A stretch of 64,000 nt of DNA from an uncultured Bacteroides sp. GTDB taxonomy: Bacteria; Bacteroidota; Bacteroidia; Chitinophagales; Chitinophagaceae. Every line of letters begins with the position of its first letter. Positions within the stretch are counted from its first letter, which is position 1. Below the pieces are notes generated by a model. It was given only the letters and a program-made list of their open reading frames with translations. It did no database searches and was not told the origin of the DNA. This document shows, piece after piece, positions 9,555-17,612 of this stretch. A program made the position numbers and the translations under genes. The stretch covers positions 33 to 64,032 of the forward strand of contig CABHOP010000078.1 in the NCBI GenBank assembly GCA_902168085.1, read 5' to 3'.

Positions 9555-9588
9555 AAAAGCCCGTAAAATCAGCGTTTTACGAGCTTTT
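9555..9588 (-). terminator. Hairpin downstream of tRNA-Ser
   Basis: AAAAGCCCGTAAAA...TTTTACGAGCTTTT imperfect inverted repeat with an A/T tail. Confidence 0.55.
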
Positions 9589-9612
9589 GAACAATTTTGG
9601 TATTGATACCAG

Positions 9613-9697
9613 CGGAGAGAGAGGGATTCGAACCCCCGGACCTTTGACAGTCAACGGTTTTCAAGACCGCCGCATTCGACCGCTCTGCCATCTCTCC
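9613..9697 (-). tRNA. tRNA-Ser(TGA)
   Basis: Reverse complement GGAGAGATGGCAGAGCGGTCGAATGCGGCGGTCTTGAAAACCG...GGTTCGAATCCCTCTCTCTCCG has a long variable arm, discriminator G and no encoded CCA. TAATTTTG promoter element at 9703-9710. Confidence 0.97.
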
Positions 9698-9849
9698 GGG
9701 GGCAAAATTAGACAAGCAGACTTATTTTCAAAACATTTTTTGGCAGAGGAGGCATATATTTTATAATGCCATGTTAAATAAACTGCTGAAAGCCATATCC
9801 AACAAACCTAAACAGCGAACTTTGCGTATCTAAACGGTAAAGAGGAAAT

Positions 9850-10527
9850 ATGATATACCGCACATTAAAGCACACCGTATTATTAGTATTATTACTACAA
9901 CTTACCGCTTGCGCACAGGATGGTAAATATGAAAAATCGAAAACTTTTAGCCAAATGAATAATGCAAAGCCAACGGGGAATGAGAAAAAACTGGAAGTAG
10001 CCACTTTTGCCGCGGGCTGCTTTTGGTGTGTAGAGGCACAGTATCAACAATTGAAGGGCGTAGAAAAAGTAGAATCGGGCTATATAGGGGGTAGCGTACC
10101 CAATCCTACCTACAAACAGGTTTGCACCGGTAACACCGGCCATGCTGAAGCTTGCAACATCTATTACGACCCCAGCATAATAAGTTATGACGAACTATTA
10201 GCCGCCTTTTGGACGGCTCACGACCCTACACAGTTAAATCGCCAGGGAAATGATGTAGGTACACAATACCGTTCTGCCATCTTTTATCACAATGATGAAC
10301 AAAAGCAGAAAGCGGAAGACTACAAACGTAAGCTGAACGAAGAAAAGGCATATAATGATGATGTAGTAACGGAGATATCCCCCTACTCTACTTTCTACAA
10401 AGCTGAAGATTATCATCAAAACTATTACAACGATAACCCATCTCAGGGCTATTGTGTGTTCGTAGTAAAACCCAAATTAGATAAGTTTAAGAAAGTATTT
10501 GCCGGCAAGCTGAAGGATAGCAAGTAA
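9850..10527 (+). CDS. msrA: Peptide-methionine (S)-S-oxide reductase, exported
   Basis: GCFWC active site, GHAEAC, HDPTQLNRQGNDVGTQYRS and AEDYHQNYY; N-terminal signal-like segment. Confidence 0.96.
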   Translation: MIYRTLKHTVLLVLLLQLTACAQDGKYEKSKTFSQMNNAKPTGNEKKLEVATFAAGCFWCVEAQYQQLKGVEKVESGYIGGSVPNPTYKQVCTGNTGHAEACNIYYDPSIISYDELLAAFWTAHDPTQLNRQGNDVGTQYRSAIFYHNDEQKQKAEDYKRKLNEEKAYNDDVVTEISPYSTFYKAEDYHQNYYNDNPSQGYCVFVVKPKLDKFKKVFAGKLKDSK

Positions 10528-10538
10528 AAGGAGATGAC

Positions 10539-10585
10539 AAAAACAAAGAGCCGTTATTGCTAAGCAATGGCGGCTCTTTGTTTTG
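10539..10585 (+). terminator. Intrinsic terminator
   Basis: CAAAAACAAAGAGCCGTTATTGC-TAA-GCAATGGCGGCTCTTTGTTTTG. Confidence 0.8.
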
Positions 10586-10660
10586 CAATCAGTTTGTTAA
10601 AAAAACGAAACTACTTCGCTGCGCTATGTACTGCATATACTTTTGCATAAAACAAAAAAT

Positions 10661-10963
10661 ATGAACCTCCAGCAGGCAAAACAAATAATAGACCAACTGG
10701 CAGTGCACAAGGGGAACTCCATGAAGCCTTACAGTGCACCTATTAAAGGTTTTGTTATCATCCCGAACGATCAACAGGCTTATATGCAGATGTATAAAAG
10801 CATGGCAGATGAAAAGCTTTCTTTCAACCAGGCCATATCTCCATATAGCGACGATGTAACGATAGTGGTATATTTTGATGCAGCAAACACTTCAGATAAT
10901 GCCTATTGCAGTTACACACAATTTGTTGCTACCAATAACCTGGACATACAAATCCCCAGCTAA
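10661..10963 (+). CDS. Hypothetical protein
   Basis: Only plausible ORF in the gap. TACTTTTG promoter element at 10638-10645 favours ATG 10661 over 10643; hairpin at 10975-10998 follows. Confidence 0.65.
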   Translation: MNLQQAKQIIDQLAVHKGNSMKPYSAPIKGFVIIPNDQQAYMQMYKSMADEKLSFNQAISPYSDDVTIVVYFDAANTSDNAYCSYTQFVATNNLDIQIPS

Positions 10964-10996
10964 TCGCCGTAACGAAGCCCTGTGATAACGGGGCTT

Positions 10997-12037
10997 TTAC
11001 ATTTCCAGCTTTACATCTCCATATAGGGGGTGGCCTACACAGGTTAAAACCAAACCTTTGGCCAGGTCAGCTTCGGTAAGCACTTCATTGTAGGAGTGCC
11101 ATATGTTGCCTTCAATACAAGTAGCAACACAGCTACCACATTTACCGGTTTCGCAGCTGTAAGGCAATGGCAATCCTGCTTTCTTAGCGCTTTTCAGTAT
11201 CGAATCGGGATACGTTACTAAAAACTCGGTTTCCCTACCTGCTTTTATTATGGTGGCTTTATGAGATGCTTTATCGGGCGGGGCAAGGTTTATACTAGGA
11301 CTTTTATCCACTATAAAGGTTTCCCTGCGGATATTGGTTGATGGTATTGCCGCTTCCTCCAGTGTATAGGTGCACATACGCATATAGTTTTCCGGTCCGC
11401 ATATGTAGCAAAGCAATTTATCACGTTGCGATACAGCAAATTCATCCAGCAGTTCTACTATCAGTTCTTTGTGCAGCCGTGCTTTTACCAATTGTGGTGT
11501 ATTGCTAAAAAGAAAGACCGCATGCAGGCGGTCTGCATATTGCTGCTGCAATGCTTCCAATTGCCGAAGGTACACCGCACTACTATGGCTATGATTGCTG
11601 TAAATAAGCACTAGTTCGAGAGCCGGATACTGCACCAATGCAGTCTTTATCAGCGAAAGGATTGGGGTAATGCCGCTACCCGCAGCGAAGAAAAATAATT
11701 GCCTAGCGCTATTTACATCATCGGGCAGTACGAAAAACCCACCGCTGCCGATGGTCTGCAATGTATCGCCCGGTTTGGCCGTGTCTGCAAACCAGCGGGA
11801 GAAAATGCCATTATCAATGCGTTTGACACCAATAGAAAGGGGCTCATTAAGTGCCGGCGATGATGTGATGGAGTAAGAACGACGTATTTCTTTATTTCCC
11901 AGTTGCTTTACAAAAGTGAGATACTGACCAGCTTTGTAATCAATGTGATGGCTGTCTTCAAATACCACTGTTTTAAAGCCCGGCACTTCATCTACCAGTT
12001 CACGTATGCTTAGTGTTATGTATGCACTATCATTCAT
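10997..12037 (-). CDS. Ferredoxin-NADP reductase-type oxidoreductase with C-terminal 2Fe-2S domain (PaaE-like)
   Basis: RRSYSITS (FAD), FAAGSGITP, YICGP and YSCETGKCGSC...VLTC. Confidence 0.92.
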   Translation of the reverse strand: MNDSAYITLSIRELVDEVPGFKTVVFEDSHHIDYKAGQYLTFVKQLGNKEIRRSYSITSSPALNEPLSIGVKRIDNGIFSRWFADTAKPGDTLQTIGSGGFFVLPDDVNSARQLFFFAAGSGITPILSLIKTALVQYPALELVLIYSNHSHSSAVYLRQLEALQQQYADRLHAVFLFSNTPQLVKARLHKELIVELLDEFAVSQRDKLLCYICGPENYMRMCTYTLEEAAIPSTNIRRETFIVDKSPSINLAPPDKASHKATIIKAGRETEFLVTYPDSILKSAKKAGLPLPYSCETGKCGSCVATCIEGNIWHSYNEVLTEADLAKGLVLTCVGHPLYGDVKLEM

Positions 12038-12061
12038 ATACCGAAGAATACGGAAGATATT

Positions 12062-13153
12062 TTAATGGCTTCCCAGTTCCGGTTCGGCCTTCAGCGTTGC
12101 CCCTTTTTTCTGCTCAATGTATGGACGATGATATTGTTCCATAAATTGCCTTTTGGCATCCCTATAAGTAGCTACCCCACCTATTGCATGCAGTACGCGC
12201 ACATAAACATAAGCTAAGTCTAACTGGTACGGCAGAAAGCCAGACCTGGCGCTGGCGGGAAACAGGTGGTGATTATTATGCCATTCGCCAGCTACATATC
12301 CCGGCCATATCTGGTTGATGGACATGTCTTTCATATTATGGTCTATACCTTCCCTTCTTTTATCCTTACCCTTACCATGCCCTTCATAGTTGAATGTGCG
12401 CACGCCGGCTGTCCATACAAATGCAGAACCGAAGATGGCAGTAGTTAGGCTCAAGCCGTGGCCGCCTATCAGGTACTCACCTATGCAATACAGCAATAGG
12501 AACCAGAATGTCCAGTTCAAGGCCCAGCTAGTTAATACCCTTACGGGGTTGTCTATACTCCCCCACTTTTGGTACTGCCGATAGGTGTTAGGCTTTACAC
12601 CCGTGTGTTTCATCAAGCCTACTACGCGGTTGTAATCTTCTTCGCTAAGGTTGCGGTTTATAGGTTGATGATTCGCATCTGCAAGAAAGCAATACAAGAA
12701 CCCCGCACTGGCATTATACGGATCGCCCGGCTCGTCAGACTTTGCATGATGCACATGGTGCGATACTACATATATCTCTTCAAACACGGTTTTAATAACC
12801 AGGTGCTGCGTAATAAAGCGCCAGAACTTGTTTTTGAAAGTGTACGCATTGTGCGTGCAATACCGATGATACCAGATAGTGCCGTGCGTGCCCATCAATA
12901 TCATGCTATATACAAAGCCGGCTACTACGTACCACCAGTTGAAATACGCTGTAAAGAACAGGATGAGAAATGGCAGTAATAAAAGTAATTGTACCCAACT
13001 GGTAAAGGTCATCCAGTTTTTGCGCGTCTTAAAGATATTAACGCGTGAAAGAAACTCTTTCAGTATCTGTTTCTGGGTAGGTTTTACAAGATTGCCTTGT
13101 TCATCTTTCCAGCCATATGATGGTGGCTCTAATATATAATCAAATAATGCCAT
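12062..13153 (-). CDS. Membrane fatty-acid (acyl-CoA) desaturase
   Basis: His boxes HGTIWYHRYCTH, HHVHH and HNNHH. Start moved to MALFDY (13153). Confidence 0.88.
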   Translation of the reverse strand: MALFDYILEPPSYGWKDEQGNLVKPTQKQILKEFLSRVNIFKTRKNWMTFTSWVQLLLLLPFLILFFTAYFNWWYVVAGFVYSMILMGTHGTIWYHRYCTHNAYTFKNKFWRFITQHLVIKTVFEEIYVVSHHVHHAKSDEPGDPYNASAGFLYCFLADANHQPINRNLSEEDYNRVVGLMKHTGVKPNTYRQYQKWGSIDNPVRVLTSWALNWTFWFLLLYCIGEYLIGGHGLSLTTAIFGSAFVWTAGVRTFNYEGHGKGKDKRREGIDHNMKDMSINQIWPGYVAGEWHNNHHLFPASARSGFLPYQLDLAYVYVRVLHAIGGVATYRDAKRQFMEQYHRPYIEQKKGATLKAEPELGSH

Positions 13154-13268
13154 GAGGATACTTACTAAAATAGAGAAAATGCAACACCCAAGGTAACTGT
13201 TTGTTCTTAATATTGAGCATAATTGCAACCGGGTATGTCATAAACGCGTCAAAAGCAGGAAAATTGCA

Positions 13269-13625
13269 TTAATAAAAGGCATCTTCAAAATGCAGTATCT
13301 CTTGTGCTGCACCCTGTTTCATTAGTATGCTTATAATATCAAAACGGATACTCTCAAAATCAGTATAATCTTCTGCAAAGGCTTCTGCCGCAGTTTTCAT
13401 ATGCTGCTGCTTTACCAGGCTTACGGCCTCTTCAGGAAAGCCAAAATCGAAACTATATCGTGTCTTTACCTCTACAAATATCAAAAAGCCCTCATATCGT
13501 GCTATAATATCTATTTCCTTGCGCTGCCAGCGCCAGTTCTTATGCAGGATAGTATATCCTTTATTTAGCAAAAAGTTTTCTGCTATTTGTTCGCCTTTTA
13601 TGCCAGTTTCCTTATGTTTGGCCAT
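13269..13625 (-). CDS. YraN family (UPF0102) endonuclease-like protein
   Basis: GIKGEQIAENFL...NWRWQRKEIDIIA...FVEVKTR...IRFDII. Confidence 0.92.
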   Translation of the reverse strand: MAKHKETGIKGEQIAENFLLNKGYTILHKNWRWQRKEIDIIARYEGFLIFVEVKTRYSFDFGFPEEAVSLVKQQHMKTAAEAFAEDYTDFESIRFDIISILMKQGAAQEILHFEDAFY

Positions 13626-13642
13626 CGAATTCGAAAAATAAT

Positions 13643-14626
13643 ATGAAGCAATTAGTTACAGACTTTCCAATACAGCTGCAAGAGTCACTTATAATAGGTC
13701 AAAATTACCGTTTCACTTCTGCAAAGAAAACATTTGCAAACGTAGTACTTACTGGCCTTGGCGGTAGCGGCATTGGCGGCTCTATCATTCAAAATTATGT
13801 ATTCGATAAAATGAAGGTGCCTTTTGTAGTTAATAAAGACTACTTCATGCCATCTTTCATCAGCAGCGATAGCCTTGTTATCATTTCATCATACTCAGGC
13901 AATACGGAAGAGACCATAGCTGCTATGCAGCAGGCCATAAAAGCCAAAGCAACCATCGTTTGCATCACATCAGGCGGTAAGGTAGCTGAAACAGCGAAGA
14001 AAAAGCATTTGGATTGCATACTGGTTCCTGCGGGCATGCCACCACGTGCTTGTGTAGGCTATTCTATGGTGCAAGTGCTTTACACCCTGCAACACTTTGA
14101 CCTGGTAAAAGACAATTTTGAAAAAGACATCAAAGCAAGCATCAGGCTGCTGAAAGATGAGGCAAAAGACATACAGAAGCAGGCAAAAGCAATAGCTAAA
14201 AAGCTGATAGGCAAAACACCCATTATCTATGCCGCATCAGACTACGAGGGTGTGGCCATACGTTTTCGCCAGCAGATAAATGAAAATGGCAAAATGCTGT
14301 GCTGGCACCATGTAATACCTGAAATGAACCACAACGAGCTGGTAGGCTGGCGCGACAAAGATAATAGCCGTGCGGTAGTGATATTGCGCACAGAAGATGA
14401 TTATGAGCGTGTGCAGCTACGCATGGAGATAAACAAAAAGGTGATAAAGAAATACACCAATAGCATCACCGAGATATATGCGAAAGGAAAGAGCTATTGG
14501 GAAAAAGTATTTTACTTCATACACCTTACAGATTGGGTATCTGTATACCTGGCCGACCTGCATGAGCAGGATGCTACAGAAGTAAAGGTTATTGACTTTC
14601 TGAAAGCTGAACTGGCAAAATCATAA
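13643..14626 (+). CDS. Bifunctional phosphoglucose/phosphomannose isomerase (SIS)
   Basis: GLGGSGIGG, SSYSGNTEET, ITSGG, GMPPRAC, QINENGK and PEMNHNE. Confidence 0.93.
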   Translation: MKQLVTDFPIQLQESLIIGQNYRFTSAKKTFANVVLTGLGGSGIGGSIIQNYVFDKMKVPFVVNKDYFMPSFISSDSLVIISSYSGNTEETIAAMQQAIKAKATIVCITSGGKVAETAKKKHLDCILVPAGMPPRACVGYSMVQVLYTLQHFDLVKDNFEKDIKASIRLLKDEAKDIQKQAKAIAKKLIGKTPIIYAASDYEGVAIRFRQQINENGKMLCWHHVIPEMNHNELVGWRDKDNSRAVVILRTEDDYERVQLRMEINKKVIKKYTNSITEIYAKGKSYWEKVFYFIHLTDWVSVYLADLHEQDATEVKVIDFLKAELAKS

Positions 14627-14646
14627 TAGCTTATTATACAGTTAGT

Positions 14647-14678
14647 AAAAAACCACTTCATATAGAAGTGGTTTTTTT
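14647..14678 (+). terminator. Intrinsic terminator
   Basis: AAAAAACCACTTC-ATATA-GAAGTGGTTTTTTT. Confidence 0.8.
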
Positions 14679-14726
14679 ATGTTATAAAATTTGCAGACTG
14701 CGAATTATTATCTTACTTTTGCAGCC

Positions 14727-14824
14727 CTGGCAAGTCTTATACGGCCAGCTCCTGCTGAATCCCCCAGGACAGGAATGTAGCAAGGGTGGGCGGTTGTAGC
14801 GGCGCGATGTAAGTAACTTGCCAG
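14727..14824 (+). ncRNA. ffs: Signal recognition particle RNA (small bacterial SRP, 4.5S)
   Basis: Terminal helix CTGGCAAGT/ACTTGCCAG encloses the domain-IV-like ATCCCCCAGGACAGGAATGTAGCAAGGGT. TACTTTTG element at 14714-14721; T-run at the 3' end. Confidence 0.88.
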
Positions 14825-14957
14825 TTTTTTTATGCCTTATAATGAGCATAAATACCACAACCGGCAATATTTGATAAAAGTTTTACATTCTATTTCCTAC
14901 AGATAAACTTATTTTGCCAACAATTCAGAAATCGTAAATAACAAATCCGTACAGTAT

Positions 14958-15611
14958 ATGAAGTTTTTTATCGATACAGCTAACATTGCACAGATACAGG
15001 AAGCACACGATATGGGCATTTTGGATGGTGTTACCACCAATCCATCGCTGATGGCCAAAGAAGGCATTAAAGGTGAGGCTGCTATTGCCAAACATTATGT
15101 AGACATCTGCAACATAGTAGATGGCCCTGTAAGTGCAGAAGTATTGAGCACCGACTTTGCGGGTATAGTAGAAGAAGGTAAAAAACTGGCTGCCCTGCAC
15201 GAAAACATCGTGGTAAAGGTGCCGATGATAAAAGACGGTATCAAAGCCATCAAATGGTTTACAGATAACAACATCAAAACCAACTGCACATTGGTATTCT
15301 CTGCCGGCCAGGCCATATTGGCTGCTAAGGCAGGTGCTACTTTCGTATCTCCCTTCCTGGGCCGTGTAGACGATAGCGGTTGGGATGGCGTGCAACTGAT
15401 AGAGCAAATAGTAGGCATCTACAATGCACAAGGCTTTATGACAGAAGTACTGGCAGCATCTATCCGCAACCCGCTGCACATCATTCGCTGTGCTGAAGCC
15501 GGTGCCGATGTGTGCACATGCCCCCTGTCATCTATCATGGGCTTGCTGAAACACCCGCTTACAGACCTGGGACTGGAACAATTCCTGAAAGATGCAAAAT
15601 CGATGCAATAA
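14958..15611 (+). CDS. fsa: Fructose-6-phosphate aldolase/transaldolase family
   Basis: MKFFIDTAN, GVTTNPSL, VVKVP, TLVFSAGQA, SPFLGRVDD and LAASIR. Confidence 0.93.
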   Translation: MKFFIDTANIAQIQEAHDMGILDGVTTNPSLMAKEGIKGEAAIAKHYVDICNIVDGPVSAEVLSTDFAGIVEEGKKLAALHENIVVKVPMIKDGIKAIKWFTDNNIKTNCTLVFSAGQAILAAKAGATFVSPFLGRVDDSGWDGVQLIEQIVGIYNAQGFMTEVLAASIRNPLHIIRCAEAGADVCTCPLSSIMGLLKHPLTDLGLEQFLKDAKSMQ

Positions 15612-15636
15612 GCATTTATCAAAAACATACACGAAG

Positions 15637-15663
15637 AAGCCGTCTTAACCGACGGCTTTTTTT
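15637..15663. terminator. Terminator between convergent genes
   Basis: AAGCCGTC-TTAACC-GACGGCTTTTTTT. Confidence 0.75.
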
Positions 15664-16507
15664 ATTGTACCACCATCTTGCGGAATGTAAGGTTTATCCT
15701 CGGCATCGTCACCTTCTTCGATTTAGGCAGGCTGTGTAGCCAGTGTGTTTGGGTGACGCCCTTCATCACCAGCAGGCTGCCGTGTTGCAACATCATAGCC
15801 AGTGTTTCCTTGGTATCCCTGTGCCGGAAAGAGAACTTACGCTCTGCACCAAAACTCAGCGATGCTATGGCCCCATTTTTCGCCAGCATCTTTTCATCAT
15901 CGCTATGCCAGGCCATACCTTCATTACCTGTATGGTACAGGTTAAGCAGGCAAGAGTTGTAGGTTTCACATGTCAATTGTTCTACTAATATTTTTAGCTG
16001 CAGTAAGTTTTCTGTCCACGGCAAGGCTCGCTTGGTGGTATTGGAATAGGTATAATCGTAGCCCGCATCGCCATACCAGGCCACTTTACGTGCAGTAACT
16101 ATGTGCCTGCCAAATATCACTGCCTCATCATGCTGCCAGGCTATTTCCTGCAACAGCCCTTGCAGATATGCATCTGCCGCAGCACTGTCTATCACCACGC
16201 CATAATACTCCACTACCCCATCGTATGGCAGCAGGTTTTGCACGGGTGCGTTATCAAATAAGTTCATTTTTCGTTCCTTCCATTTTTTGTAAGCGTGCAG
16301 CATGCAGTGCCCGCATGGCCTGTAACCGGCATGTATTGCTGCTGATTCATTCGTAAAGAATACGCGGTTTTCGCGCTTCATTCGCTTGCCCGATGCGCAC
16401 GACAGTTTACCATATATCTTCAGCCTGCTATTACCACCTATGGTTACCTGTTGCTTTCTTATCATAGCACGCACTGCGGCGGCATCCAGTTCGCTGTGCT
16501 GCCACAT
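15662..16507 (-). CDS. alkB: Ada metal-binding-like domain fused to AlkB-family 2OG-Fe(II) dioxygenase
   Basis: N-terminal IYGKLSCASGKRMKRENRVFF...GYRPCGHC; C-terminal YNSCLLNLYH...WHSDDE...IASLSFGAER...HSLPK...RINLTFR. No stop at the junction (AAA TGG AAG GAA CGA AAA ATG AAC). Confidence 0.9.
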   Translation of the reverse strand: MWQHSELDAAAVRAMIRKQQVTIGGNSRLKIYGKLSCASGKRMKRENRVFFTNESAAIHAGYRPCGHCMLHAYKKWKERKMNLFDNAPVQNLLPYDGVVEYYGVVIDSAAADAYLQGLLQEIAWQHDEAVIFGRHIVTARKVAWYGDAGYDYTYSNTTKRALPWTENLLQLKILVEQLTCETYNSCLLNLYHTGNEGMAWHSDDEKMLAKNGAIASLSFGAERKFSFRHRDTKETLAMMLQHGSLLVMKGVTQTHWLHSLPKSKKVTMPRINLTFRKMVVQ

Positions 16508-17355
16508 TACCCTTCTCCATTTACCTGTGCTGCTTCCCAGCCTATCATGGCTGCCTTTCGGGTACTACCCCAGTGGTATTGCCCCAACGCCTCACCCGAC
16601 TGTATCACCCTGTGGCAAGGTATGAGGAATGCAATGGGGTTATCGCCCACCGCAGAGCCCACTGCCCGCGATGCGGATGGCGCCTGTAGCTGCGCTGCAA
16701 TGCTGCCGTAGCTGGCCAGTTTGCCGGTAGGTATTTTGAGCAATGCCTCCCATACCTTCAGTTGAAAATCGGTACCTTTCAGGTGTAGTTTTATTTTATC
16801 ATGATTGTTCCAATCGTGGCGGAATATCTGTAATGCCGACTGCTGCAGTATATCCGTCATTTGTCGGTATTGCGCATTGGGGAATATGTGCTGCAGCTCT
16901 TTTAATGCCAGTGCCTCATCGTCTGCAAAGGCCATGTAGCAAATACCTTTGGTTGTAGAGGCTATGAGCATATTACCGAATGGCGTTTCCGCATAGCTAT
17001 AGTTGATGGTGAGTGCTGCGCCCCCATTCTTATATTCGCCCGGGGTCATCCCTTCTATATTCACAAACAGATCGTGCAGCCTGCCGGTGCCTGAAAGCCC
17101 CGTTTCAAAAGCAGCTTCAAACAAGGTAGCACCTTTATCTTTCAATAGCGTGCGGGCATGGGCTATGCTAATGTATTGAAGAAACTTCTTTGGGCTTACA
17201 CCTGCCCATTCTGTAAACAAACGTTGAAAATGGAAGGAGCTTAAATGCATGGCTGTTGCTACTTCACCCAGGTTAGGCTGCGCTTTAAAGTTATTTCTGA
17301 TATAATCTATGGCTGCTGCTATACGTTCGTAATCTGTGGCTTCCCTTGTCATCAT
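16507..17355 (-). CDS. ada: AraC-HTH + O6-methylguanine-DNA methyltransferase (Ada/Ogt-like)
   Basis: SSFHFQRLFTEWAGVSPKKF, GLSGTGRLHDLF, GTDFQLKVW and active-site IPCHRVI. TAATG overlap with the next gene. Confidence 0.92.
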   Translation of the reverse strand: MMTREATDYERIAAAIDYIRNNFKAQPNLGEVATAMHLSSFHFQRLFTEWAGVSPKKFLQYISIAHARTLLKDKGATLFEAAFETGLSGTGRLHDLFVNIEGMTPGEYKNGGAALTINYSYAETPFGNMLIASTTKGICYMAFADDEALALKELQHIFPNAQYRQMTDILQQSALQIFRHDWNNHDKIKLHLKGTDFQLKVWEALLKIPTGKLASYGSIAAQLQAPSASRAVGSAVGDNPIAFLIPCHRVIQSGEALGQYHWGSTRKAAMIGWEAAQVNGEG

Positions 17356-17426
17356 ATCTTACCGTATTTATTACACAAAACTACCATCCCTTGCCATAGC
17401 TCCCTACCCGAAAGTTGCGGACTTAT

Positions 17427-17458
17427 AAAAAACAAAAGCCTGTACTATGTACAGGCTT
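17427..17458 (-). terminator. Terminator after tRNA-Leu
   Basis: AAGCCTGTAC-TAT-GTACAGGCTT with an A-tract on the left. Confidence 0.7.
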
Positions 17459-17466
17459 CCATCCAG

Positions 17467-17551
17467 TGCGGCAGAGGAGATTCGAACTCCCACGCCCATG
17501 ACAGGCGCTACCACCTCAAAGTAGTGCGTCTACCAGTTTCGCCACCGCCGC
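17467..17551 (-). tRNA. tRNA-Leu(GAG)
   Basis: Reverse complement GCGGCGGTGGCGAAACTGGTAGACGCACTACTTTGAGGTGGTAG...GAGTTCGAATCTCCTCTGCCGCA; anticodon loop TTGAGGT. TACATTTG element at 17571-17578. Confidence 0.96.
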
Positions 17552-17612
17552 ATGTGTTTTTGAGGGACTGCAAATGTAACCCGAAAACTGAAAAATCAAA
17601 AATGAAAAAACA

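Larger units (their letters stand above)
25..9612 (-). mobile_element. Integrative mobilisable element / ICE fragment integrated at the tRNA-Ser 3' end; far boundary is beyond the contig start
   Basis: A tyrosine integrase lies next to the tRNA 3' end, followed by higBA, an Xis-like HTH, an oriT-like hairpin, mobA-mobB-mobC and cargo. Confidence 0.88.
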
